A stretch of 61,597 nt of DNA, counting the filler, from Nemertoderma westbladi (Eukaryota; Animalia; Xenacoelomorpha): assembly GCA_032718475.1 (NCBI GenBank). It is 2 parts of 2 records of this genome, joined end to end, with 100 filler letters (N's around TTAATTAATTAA, not from the genome) between each part and the next. Parts side by side here need not be neighbours in the genome. Positions count along the whole stretch, not along the records: positions 1 to 30,699 come from JAUCBJ010003128.1; 1 more part is not named here. One strand, given 5' to 3'. Both the position numbers and the translations under genes were made by a program. Within the stretch, counting starts at the first letter, position 1; every line of letters begins with the position of its first letter. Under the pieces are notes generated by a model that had not been told where the DNA came from, searched no databases, and was given only the letters and a program-made list of their open reading frames with translations. Positions 1 to 12,070 of this stretch are shown one piece after another.

Positions 1-265
1 CAACTCACTTGATGTACTTCCAGGTTACACAACTTCCTATAACTCACTTGATGTACTGCCAGGTTACACAACTCCCTATAACTCACTTGATGTACTGCCA
101 GGTTACACAACTCCCTACAACTCACTTGATGTACTGCCAGGTTACACAACTCCCTACAACTCACTTGATGTACTGCCAGGTTACACAACTTCCTATAACT
201 CACTTGATGTACTGCCAGGTTACACAACTCCCTATAACTCACTTGATGTACTGCCAGGTTACACA
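1..265. repeat. 39-bp tandem repeat (at least 6 copies, runs off the window) built from the BRPF exon 3' end plus its splice donor
   Basis: Minus-strand unit TGTGTAACCTGGCAGTACATCAA|GTGAGTTATAGGGAGT; the innermost copy is the real exon end and GT donor. Confidence 0.95.
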
Positions 266-412
266 TGTCGCAGAACAGAATTACGTTGCTGTTTGCGCAC
301 TCCCCGTCGTTGCATATAGCACAAACTGCGTCTTCGTCTATAACAGATTGCTCGGCTTTACTGTTGGTACAAAACTCAAAGTAGGATTCCTTCTCGAGGC
401 GGTCCATCAATC
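243..412 (-). CDS. BRPF1: BRPF1/BRD1 (peregrin) exon: end of the EPL1-like region and start of PHD1
   Basis: tttag acceptor at 413-414, GTGAGT donor at 242; translates (G)[56 protein letters not shown], close to the remembered BRPF1 motif; phase fits the upstream exon. Confidence 0.95.
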
Positions 413-666
413 CTAAAAGATATAGATAATCAGTTGCAAACATCATCAGTCTCTCTCACCCACATTACATACAACTCCAGAAGCCCTACAACAGCTCGGA
501 ACAACGTACGTAGACTCAGCAATACAATCAGTAAAACGTATACAATATTTATTTATAATCAATAACAGTAATACCGTAAGCAGAATTAACACTGGACCTC
601 ATTATACCCAAACAGCCACAGTACACTAATTATCTCACTAGCAACTTAATAAATAATAATTCTAAC

Positions 667-769
667 CTTCAAATAAGTCCTGACTAACTAATGACAGTTT
701 ATTTTCTTGTCGTTCATCGTTCATCATCTCCAACCAGGCGTGGTCCTCCTCGTCCATATCATATTCAAC
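667..769 (-). CDS. BRPF1: BRPF1/BRD1 exon (VEYDMDEED motif)
   Basis: ttag acceptor at 770-771, GTTAGA donor at 666; 103 nt encoding VEYDMDEEDHAWLEMMNDERQENKLSLVSQDLFE plus 1 nt; joins in frame to 243-412. Confidence 0.95.
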
Positions 770-3700
770 CTAACGTAGTAATAACAATATATTCAACCTA
801 ACGTAGTAATAACAATATATTCAACCTAACGTAGTAATAACAATATATTCAACCTAACATATTAATAACAATATATTCAACCTAACGTATTAATAACAAT
901 ATATTCAACCTAACGTAGTAATAACAATATATTCAACCTAACGTAGTAATAACAATATATTCAACCTAACGTAGTAATAACAATATATTCAACCTAACGT
1001 AGTAATAACAATATATTCAACCTAACGTAGTAATAACAATATATTCAACCTAACGTAGTAATAACAATATATTCAACCTAACGTAGTAATAACAATATAT
1101 TCAACCTAACGTAGTAATAACAATATATTCAACCTAACGTATTAATAACAATATATTCAACCTAACGTAGTAATAACAATATATTCAACCTAACGTAGTA
1201 ATAACAATATATTCAACCTAACGTAGTAATAACAATATATTCAACCTAACGTAGTAATAACAATATATTCAACCTAACGTAGTAATAACAATATATTCAA
1301 CCTAACGTAGTAATAACAATATATTCAACCTAACGTATTAATAACAATATATTCAACCTAACGTATTAATAACAATATATTCAACCTAACGTATTAATAA
1401 CAATATATTCAACCTAACGTATTAATAACAATATATTCAACCTAACGTATGAATAACAATATATTCAACCTAACGTAGTAATAACAATATATTCAACCTA
1501 ACGTATGAATAACAATATATTCAACCTAACGTAGTAATAACAATATATTCAACCTAACGTAGTAATAACAATATATTCAACCTAACGTAGTAATAACAAT
1601 ATATTCAACCTAACGTATTAATAACAATATATTCAACCTAACGTAGTAATAACAATATATTCAACCTAACGTAGTAATAACAATATATTCAACCTAACGT
1701 AGTAATAACAATATATTCAACCTAACGTATGAATAACAATATATTCAACCTAACGTAGTAATAACAATATATTCAACCTAACGTATGAATAACAATATAT
1801 TCAACCTAACGTAGTAATAACAATATATTCAACCTAACGTATTAATAACAATATATTCAACCTAACGTAGTAATAACAATATATTCAACCTAACGTATTA
1901 ATAACAATATATTCAACCTAACGCATTAATAACAATATATTCAACCTAACGTATTAATAACAATATATTCAACCTAACGTAGTAATAACAATATATTCAA
2001 CCTAACGTAGTAATAACAATATATTCAACCTAACGTATTAATAACAATATATTCAACCTAACGTAGTAATAACAATATATTCAACCTAACGTAGTAATAA
2101 CAATATATTCAACCTAACGTATTAATAACAATATAATCAACCTAACGCATTAATAACAATATATTCAACCTAACGTATTAATAACAATATATTCAACCTA
2201 ACGTAGTAATAACAATATATTCAACCTAACGTAGTAATAACAATATATTCAACCTAACGTAGTAATAACAATATATTCAACCCAACGTAGTAATAACAAT
2301 ATATTCAACCTAACGTATTAATAACAATATATTCAACCTAACGTAGTAATAACAATATATTCAACCTAACGTAGTAATAACAATATATTCAACCTAACGT
2401 AGTAATAACAATATATTCAACCCAACGTAGTAATAACAATATATTCAACCTGACGTAGTATAACAATATATTCAACCTAACGTAGTAATAACAATATATT
2501 CAACCTAACGTATTAATAACAATATATTCAACCTAACGTAGTAATAACAATATATTCAACCTAACGTATTAATAACAATATATTCAACCTAACGTAGTAA
2601 TAACAATATATTCAACCTAACGTATTAATAACAATATATTCAACCTAACGTAGTAATAACAATATATTCAACCTAACGTATTAATAACAATATATTCAAC
2701 CTAACGTAGTATAAAAATATATTCAACCTAACGTAGTAATAACAATATATTCAACCTAACGTATTAATAACAATATATTCAACCTAACGTATTAATAACA
2801 ATATATTCAACCTAACGTAGTAATAACAATATATTCAATCTAACGTATTAATAACAATATATTCAACCTAACGTATTAATAACAATATATTCAACCTAAC
2901 GTAGTAATAACAATATATTCAACCTGACGTATTAATAACAATATATTCAACCTAACGTATTAATAACAATATATTCAACCTAACGTATTAATAACAATAT
3001 ATTCAACCTAACGTAGTAATAACAATATATTCAACCTAACGTAGTAATAACAATATATTCAACCTAACGTATTAATAACAATATATTCAACCTAACGTAT
3101 GAATAACAATATATTCAACCTAACGTAGTAATAACAATATATTCAACCTAACGTAGTAATAACAATATATTCAACCTAACGTAGTAATAACAATATATTC
3201 AACCTGACGTAGTATAACAATATATTCAACCTAACGTAGTAATAACAATATATTCAACCTAACGTATTAATAACAATATATTCAACCTAACGTAGTAATA
3301 ACAATATATTCAACCTAACGTAGTAATAATAATATATTCAACCTAACGTAGTAATAACAATATATTCAACCTAACGTAGTAATAACAATATATTCAACCT
3401 AACGTATTAATAACAATATATTCAACCTAACGTAGTAATAACAATATATTCAACCTAACGTAGTAATAACAATATATTCAACCTAACGTATTAATAACAA
3501 TATATTCAACCTAACGTAGTAATAACAATATATTCAACCTAACGTATTAATAACAATATATTCAACCTAACGTAGTAATAACAATATATTCAACCTAACG
3601 TATTAATAACAATATATTCAACCTAACGTAGTAATAACAATATATTCAACCTAACGTAGTAATAACAATATATTCAACCTAACGTAGTAATAACAATATA

Positions 3701-4036
3701 TTCAACCTAACGTATTAATAACAATATATTCAACCTAACGTAGTAATAACAATATATTCAATCTAACGTATTAATAACAATATATTCAACCTAACGTAGT
3801 AATAACAATATATTCAACCTAACGTATTAATAACAATATATTCAACCTAACGTATTAATAACAATATATTCAACCTAACGTATTAATAACAATATATTCA
3901 ACCTAACGTAGTAATAACAATATATTCAACCTAACGTAGTAATAACAATATATTCAATCTAACGTATTAATAACAATATATTCAACCTAACGTAGTAATA
4001 ACAATATATTGAACCTAACGTAGTAATAACAATATA
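761..4036. repeat. 28-bp satellite (about 117 copies) built from the BRPF splice acceptor
   Basis: Plus-strand unit caacctaacgtagtaataacaatatatt; minus strand reads ATTGTTATTACTACGTTAG|GTTGAATAT, the last 19 intron nt plus first 9 exon nt; variants gtagt/gtatt/gtatg. Confidence 0.97.
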
Positions 4037-4271
4037 ATATACTGACTTATAACATTAGCGTTCAAACATTTATCAAGACAACGACGACAACAGACGGGTC
4101 CACCAATTATATCTTTGTAAAATTAAAGCAAAATACATACTTCCTATTAATGCTTCACTATCATTAGGCAACTTTCGCATTTTCGACCATCTTCCCAAAC
4201 AGTCTGGGAAACTTCACATGGGGGTATTTTGGTATTCACGCACTGCGCGAAGTCCTCATCTTTTTTTTGAG

Positions 4272-5325
4272 GAGGGGGGGGGGTGGTCTGTTGATCAGTC
4301 GGTCGGACGGTGAGTGAGAAGGTGGGCGGGTGGGTGGGTGGGAAGGGAAGGTGGATGGGACAGTGGGAAGGTGGGAAGATGGGAATGTGGGAAGATGGAT
4401 GGGAATGTGGGAAGATGGGTGGGAATGTAGGAAGATGGGAATGTGGGAAGATGGGGATGTGGGAAGATGGATGGGAATGTGGGAATGTGGATGGGAATAT
4501 GGGAAGGTGGGTGGGAATGTAGGAAGATGGGAATGTAGGAAAATGGGAATGTGGGAAGGTGGGGGAATGTAGGAAGATGGGAATGTGGGAAGGTGGATAG
4601 GAATGTGGGAAGATGGGAAGGTGGATGGGAATGTGGGAAGGTGGGTGGGAATGTAGGAAAATGGGAATGTGGGAAGACGTGAATATGGGAAGATGGGAAT
4701 GTGGAAGGTGGGAAGATGGGAATGTGGGAAGGTGGATGGGAATGTAGGAAGATGGGAATGTGGGAATTTGAATGGGAATATGGGAAGGTGGATCGGAATG
4801 TAGGAAGATGGGAATATGGGAAGGTGGATGGGAATGAGGGAAGATGGGAAGGTAGGAGGGAATGGGGAAGATGGGAATGTGGGAAAATGGGAATGTGGGA
4901 AGATGGGAATGTGGGAAGATGGATGGGGATGTGAGAAGGTGGGTTGGAATGAGGAAGATGGAAATATGGGAAGATGGGAATGTGGAGAATGGGAATGTGG
5001 GGAGGTGGATGGGAATGTAGGAAGACGGGAATGTGGGAAGGTGGATGGGAATGTAGGAAGATGGGAATGTAGGAAGGTGGATGGGAATGTGGGAAGGTGG
5101 GTGGGAATGAGGAAGATGAGAATGTGGGAAGATGGGAATGTAGGAAGGTGGGAAGGTGGATGGGAATGTGGGAAGATGGGAATGTAGGAAGGTGGATGGG
5201 AATGTAGGATGATGAGAATGTGGGAAGGTGGATAGGAATGTGGGAAGGTGGCTGTGTGGGAAGATGGGAAGGTTCATGGGATTGTAGGAAGATGGGAAGG
5301 TTGATGGGAATGTGGGAAGATGTGA
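4272..5325 (+). repeat. G-rich low-complexity arm (GGGAATGT/GGGAAGAT/GGTGGAT units), left arm of a foldback-like pair
   Basis: Dense GGG tracts; reverse-complementary in unit content to 10438-11303. Confidence 0.85.
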
Positions 5326-5452
5326 ATAACAATGTTTATTGTTTGGATAGAAAAGCCCGCTATTGTAACCTGCTCCTTTCCCTCAATTGGTAAGTAACAA
5401 CAACGTATATTGTTTTGTTTAGAAAAGCCGCTTCTGTCACCTACTCATTTCC
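5326..5452 (+). repeat. About 60-bp tandem repeat, left part (split by the LINE)
   Basis: Unit gtttattgttttggttagaaaagcccgc..tgtaacctgctcctttccctcaattggta; the same array resumes at 9990. Confidence 0.8.
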
Positions 5453-6064
5453 TTTGTTGTAATCTATTTTTTTTCCCTGTAGTTATTTCATATAAGTAAT
5501 TAGTATTAGTGTTAGTTTAGTTATTCTATAATAGCACTACCGGACTACAGAATATTAGTCCTAGTTGGTATGTAAAGGGTTTACAAAGTACGTTTGATAA
5601 ACAACGTTGTTGGAATATATCCACTATTTTTAGTTATTTTTTTTATTAGTTAGAAGGAAGCAACTCCAACTCATTTCTATAATAACCGCTCATTATATAT
5701 GTTAATCATACAATATACACAATATAATAAATAGTTAATATTATACATAATTATATATTATTAAGTTGTCAATGGAACCAAGTTACTTATATATTCGACA
5801 TTATTAACAAGGTCCAAATTCATTTCATTTTAATATATATGTGTACTAATAAACTAATGTATTTTTGTAATACAGGTATTAATTACGTTATCATTAACTA
5901 GATTAAAACATAAAACCATAATCAATTAAATGGTGGCGGTGGATTATGTTATATTATTTGTAAACTTTAATGTCAGATCTTGTTTTGGTTGCCTTTGAAC
6001 GTTTATTTTGCCGGCTTTCATTCCGACCGTATTTTAAAACGAAATACATAACTACACACAACTT

Positions 6065-9000
6065 ATGCCATCAAACTATTCCAATACCTTTTGCGATTTC
6101 TGTTTTTCCCAAATTGATAACAATAATACATTGCTAAATTGTTCTATCTGCAAGCGCACATTTTCAATCATTTTCAATGTGGTACATGTGTTATGGACAC
6201 ACAAGATATACAAAATTTGAAAATGATATTTATATTGCATACACTGTTATATAAAAATATTTCCATTTACTGATGTTTCAACTGATGATAATGACATATT
6301 CTTCTTTGATGATGATGCTGAAGATGATATTCTATTACCTGAAAATTATACTGATTATAATAGCTCTTTTAACTATATTGATCCACATACAAATTTAAAA
6401 AATAACATCTCAAATTGTCAATACTACGATGAACTTAAATTTAATAATACATTTAATAATATAAATAACAACAACTTATCCATTTTTAATATAAACTGTA
6501 GGAACCTAAAATTAAACTTTTCCGCTATTATTGACTACCTATCTTCACTTAACACCCAATTTGACATACTAACATTCACTGAAACATTCCTCACTGATGA
6601 TTCTGACCTAGATTACTTACAAATACCAGGTTACTCACGGCCCCTAACTACCAACCGAGCATACGGAAAAAGAAACCGCGGAGGCACAGCTATTTATATA
6701 AAAAACGAATTAACTGTATCTGAAAGAAAATATTTAATATTACCAAACTGCGAGTCTACATGGGCTACCATCATGAGCAAAAAAAGGAAAAATTCACCAA
6801 TTAAACCACTTATTGTAGGTACAATATACAGATCAGACACATGCAAAATAACTGATTTTAATATAAACCCAAATACACTACTATCTACATTGACCAATGA
6901 CTCAACAGACAGACATAGTACTAACAGGGGACTATAATATAGATTTGTTGAAGCCATCAAACCCATCCAATAATTACATACAAATACTTGAATCCAACGG
7001 CCTTGAACAATTAATCGATAAACCAACACGAATTACGCCACATTCTAGAACTATAATTGACCACGTATCAACAAACATTTCTAACAAATTAATTTCATCT
7101 CGAGTTTTCAATGGCCAATTAGGAACAACCGATCACTTAGCAACATTCATTATAATACAGAACTATTCGTGCTACTTTACACCCCCACAGACAACTTATA
7201 TTTATGACTACTCTAAATTTAACCAACCCAGATTTCTTTCTGACTTACAAAAAAATCTGAACTGGACATACAAAGACCACTCAGTCCCACTAGAGGTGAA
7301 AATTGAAAATTTCTACAATGATGCTTATTACAAATAAACACCTACCAAAAAAAAACTTAATAAAGAATGAGATTCCTCGGAAACCCTGGATGACACCGGC
7401 ACTTGTAAAATCTACAATAAAAAGAATAAACTTTACGCCACTCAATCTAAGAATCCTACACTACAAAATCAACAACAATATAAAACATACCGTAATCAAT
7501 TGACAAAAATCCTTAGATCAGCTGAAAAACAATATTATGCATCAAAATTTGAAAAGTATAAATGTAACATGAAAAAAACCTGGGAAACCATTAATCAAGC
7601 AATAAATAAGCGACAAAATCTAAATGCACCCAAAAATTTAATAATCACTACATCAAAAGGTCCACAAGAAGTAACTAATTCCAAGGAAATTGCTAATATA
7701 TTTAACGAACACTTTGCCACCGTAGGTTCAAAATTATCTGAAAATATTCCAAAAAGTAATAGAAATCAAACTCGTTTTATAACGCACCGCAAAGCAAATT
7801 CATTCTACTTATCTGAAACTACTGAAACGGAAGTAATATATAATATATTAGACTTAGACAACAACTGTGCCACCAATGCCAAATTTCCAATTAAATTAAT
7901 TAAAATAGCCGCTTACGATCTAGCTCCCCATTTAAAAGATTTAATTAATTTATCAATACAACATGGCTTCTTCCCCAAAATATTAAAACGTGCGAAAATT
8001 ACACCCATTTACAAAACTGGAGATCCTACTGACAAAAATAATTACCGTCCCATATCTATTCTACCACTATTTAGTAAATTATACGAACAGATAATTAATA
8101 CACAACTACTGAGCTACCTAAACAAATACTCTATATTATGCGACTCTCAATACGGATTTAGAAATAATTAACTACGACAGATGCCATATTAACAATAACA
8201 GAACGCCTACAAGAAGCACTAGACTCACATAATACTGGTTGTATAAGCATTTGACACTTTAGACCACGGGATATTATTAAAAAACTAAACAGTTACGGAA
8301 TAAGAGGCCTCCCACACGATCTACTCAAGAGCTTTCTTACTGACAGATCACACACAGTCGTTCTAAATAATATACAATCCGACCCTATAACCCCCCTCTG
8401 TGGTACTCCACAAGGCGCAGTACACTCTTTTTACTTTATATAAATGACTTACCAAACTGCACATCCCTAGATCACTACGCTTTTTGCTGACGACACTAAC
8501 CTACTGCACACACATTCTAATACAAACTCTTTAGTATCAACAGTTAATATTGAACTCCAAAAACTCAGTGAATGGCTACTAGACAACAAGTTATCACTCA
8601 ATCTAAAGAAAACTGAATATTTACTATTCTCAAATTCAATTGTAACTCAAAACTTAGTTCAACCGATTAAAATAAACCAGTAATCAAAATTAAAAACGAA
8701 ACAAAATTTCTGGGTATCTGGATTGACAACAAACTATCTTGGAAATACCATTGCGCATACATACACAAAAAAATATCAAAATCATGCGGTATATTTTTTA
8801 AACTACGTTATATCTTACCACAGAATATACTAAAATTACTTTATTTTTCACTTATTCACCCATACATACAATACGGTATAATACTATGGGGCAATACTCA
8901 CAACAAATATATACAACGAATTCGAGTCAAAATAAACAAAATTGTAAGAGCCATCACTTTTAGCCACTATCAGTCACATTCAAATCCAATATATAAACAA

Positions 9001-9315
9001 CTAAACATACTAAAGTTAGAAAACATTTACAAACTTGAAGTAACAAAATTAATGTGGGACATAAATAACAATAAAAAGCAACCTTTTATTACATCTTTAT
9101 TTCAACAGACATCACAAATACATAAATATAATACTAGATCAGTAGCGTCCTTAAATTTCTTTCTCCCACGAACTCGGTTACTATCAACACAAAATTCACT
9201 AAAATATAGCCGCACAAAAATATGGAATTCACTACAGTTTGACTTAAAAAATAATAAATCCAAGAAATCTTTAGCAAGAAAGTACAAGACATATTTAATA
9301 AACAACCAGAATTAA
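6065..9315 (+). pseudogene. Frameshifted LINE ORF2: N-terminal PHD-like Cys cluster, APE endonuclease, reverse transcriptase
   Basis: CDFC..CSIC..YCIHC; LSIFNINCRNL, TETFL, GGTAIYIK, GDYNID, IIDHV, TDH (APE); NYRPISILP, QYGFR, TPQG, YINDL, FADD (RT); several stops and frameshifts. Confidence 0.92.
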
Positions 9316-9701
9316 CACATACTTGTATTTGAATATTAATATTAATAAATTAACACACACGAAATAACATCGACCTCATCTTCATCAATGAATAATCTTG
9401 TCTTGTCATTATCCTCTCTCTTCTATCAGTAAAATAGTATGAAAGTTTATTAATTAATTTTGTATAATGGTGTGCCCACCCACACGTTGCTATCTGTACG
9501 CATAATACTAGACATTACAATAATTATTTATTAGTTTTATAAATATTTACAATAGACATAAATGGGAAAAAACAGAACTCAATTCAACCCGAAATTATAA
9601 ATAATGAATATTATGATGGCATAAACTCTTCTCTTTATATCTACGCACCACAACGGCAAAATAGAACAACACTAGCTATGCTACTGTTATTTTTTCTCAT
9701 T

Positions 9702-9918
9702 TAAAATCTATATCTACTATTACATTACTATCACAAACATTACAAATTTTAGCTAAATAAACGTTACATTGTAACATTGAAAAATTGTAATGCTATAACT
9801 ATAATGTCTATATAAAATCTATATCTACTATTACATTACTATCACAAACATTACAAATTTTAGCTAAATAAACGTTACATTGTAACATTGAAAAATTGTA
9901 ATGCTATAACTATAATGT
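9702..9918. repeat. About 111-bp tandem duplication in the LINE 3' UTR
   Basis: taaaatctatatctactattacattactatcacaaac...ctataatgt occurs at 9702 and 9813. Confidence 0.9.
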
Positions 9919-9989
9919 AAATTTCATGCCATACATTGCGTAAATCGAAATTATACGAGCTCTATGAGCTCTATTGATTGATTGATTGT

Positions 9990-10437
9990 TCCTTCAATTG
10001 GTAGATAACAACACAACAATGTTTATTGATTTGGTTAGAAATGCCCACTGCTGTGACTTGCTCCTTTCTCTCAATTGGTAGGTAAAAACAACGTTTATTG
10101 TTTTGTTTAGAAAAGCCGCTTCTGTCACCTACTCCTTTCCTTAAATTGGTAGATAACAACGTTTATTGATTTGATTAGAAAAGCCTGCCTCTGTAACCTG
10201 CTCCTTTCCTTCACTTGGTAATAATATCGTTTATTGTTTTGGTTAGAAAAGGCCGCCTCTGTAACCTGCTCCTTTCCCTCAATTGGTAACAATATCGTTT
10301 ATTGTTTTGGTTAGAAAAGCCCGACTCTGTAACCTGCTCCTATCCCTCAATTGGTAACAATATCTTTTATTGTTTTGGTTAGAAAAGCCCGCCTCTGTAA
10401 CCTGCTCCTTTCCTCCATTGCTAGGTAAAAATAACGT
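9990..10437 (+). repeat. About 60-bp tandem repeat, right part (about 7 copies)
   Basis: Same unit as 5326-5452; related motifs dispersed near 17770, 28700, 28990 and 29200. Confidence 0.85.
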
Positions 10438-11303
10438 CATTCCCATCTTTCCACATTCCCATCTTCCTAGATTCCCATCTTCCCACATTCCCATCTTCCT
10501 ACATTCCTACCCATCTTCCCACCTTCCTGCATTCCCAACCCCATTCCCATTTTCTTACATTCCCATCCACCTTCCCACATTTCCATCTTCCTAAATTCCC
10601 ACCCACATTCCCATCCACCTTCCCATCTTCCTACATTCCCACCGATCTTCCCATCTTCCTACATTCCCACCGATCTTCCCACCTTCCCATCTTCCTACAT
10701 TCCCACCCATCTTCCCACCTTCCCATCTTCCTACATTCCCAACCACATTCCCATCTTCTTACATTCCCATCCTCCTTCCCGCATTCCCATCCACCTTCCC
10801 ACATTTCCATCTTCCTAAATTCCCACCCACATTCCCATCCACCTTCCCATCTTCCTACATTCCCACCCATCTTCCCACCTTCCCATCTTCCTACATTCCC
10901 ACCCATCTTCCCACCTTCCCATCTTCCTACATTCCCAACCACATTCCCATCTTCTTACATTCCCATCCTCCTTCCCGCATTCCCATCCTCCTTCCCACAT
11001 TCCCATCCACCTTCCCACATTCCCACTTCCTACATTCCCACCATCTTCCCACATTCCCATCCACCTTCCGCATTCCCATCTTCCCACATTCCCATCTTCC
11101 TACATTCCCACCCACCTTCCGATTCATCTTCCCACATTCCAATCTTCCTACATTCACACCCATCTTCCCACATTCCCATCCACCTTCCCATCGTCATACA
11201 TTACCACCCACCATCCCACATTCCTACATTCCCAACTTCCCACAATCCCACCGACCAACCAACCGACCGACCGACAGACCAACCGAGCCACCCACCCACC
11301 CCT
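10438..11303 (-). repeat. C-rich low-complexity arm, right arm of the foldback-like pair
   Basis: ACATTCCC/ATCTTCCC/ATCCACC units ending in ccgaccgaccgacagaccaacc, mirroring ggtctgttgatcagtcggtcgg near 4285. Confidence 0.85.
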
Positions 11304-11397
11304 TTAAACAAATGTTGACCCATTTTATTTCGACTTTCCTGGGCACTCTGGGAAAGTTCACATTGGCCCATTCATTACACGGATGTTAAACACTTAC

Positions 11398-11534
11398 TTC
11401 GTCATCCAGTTGTATGTCCGTTTTCGCGACGTGTCTGTAGTACTCAACAGGCCGCTCTCCGATTAACGGGAGTTTTATTGGGCTCTCAAGAAGTCGATAT
11501 TGTGGCTCCGGCACACGGGACTGCTTGGGATCCC
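11398..11534 (-). CDS. BRPF1: BRPF1/BRD1 exon (start of the EPL1-like region)
   Basis: ttttag acceptor, GTAAGT donor at 11397; DPKQSRVPEPQYRLLESPIKLPLIGERPVEYYRHVAKTDIQLDDE resembles BRPF1 LPEVVYR..RPTSYYRYIEKSAEELDEE and joins in phase 0 to VEYDMDEED. Confidence 0.88.
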
Positions 11535-12070
11535 CTAAAAGTACAAGATATTAATTAATCCATAATCATTTATTGACCAGTTACTTTGCCGCAATGACCA
11601 TAATTGATATAGTCCATATATATATTTCCTTAAATAGGCTACATTAGAGATAAGTGATGACAACAGACACAATATTATTATCAGACATATACGATGCCTC
11701 AGTTAAACTGAAATATTCAGTTGTTCACACAATGAAAGCGTGACCTTGACTCCAACGAATTAATGGTTAAACCTAATCGTTTAACTATATACCTAATACT
11801 ATTACTAACCTAAACCTAATATGATAGGGCTTATTTGCCCTTATCAGAGACAACTACAACAGTAACTGCTGATCACCTTTAAGATAAATCAACCTGTTGT
11901 ACTTTTGGATATTCACATAGAGCAAAAATTAATATAATTTTAGCACAAAAAGACAATCTGTTTTAGTAGTTTCCCTAGTAATATGTCGAGGGATAAGTGG
12001 CTGGCGAAGTTTTCTCGCATGCGAAGTATTACTGCGAACGAGCCGACAAAAATATAATAAATATAATTGA

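Larger units (their letters stand above)
5455..9988 (+). mobile_element. Decayed non-LTR retrotransposon (CR1/L2 group, possibly Crack-like), antisense within the BRPF intron
   Basis: APE-RT ORF remnants; 3' end GAGCTC-tat-GAGCTC hairpin plus (ATTG)n tail at 9957-9988; interrupts the 60-bp array. The 5' boundary is approximate. Confidence 0.88.

Noticed and set aside
9-416. Plus-strand 135-aa ORF
   Set aside because: Antisense shadow of the BRPF exon and the 39-bp repeat.
4147-5332. Long Pro/His/Ser and Gly/Trp ORFs (also 10279-11163)
   Set aside because: By-products of low-complexity repeat arms open in several frames.
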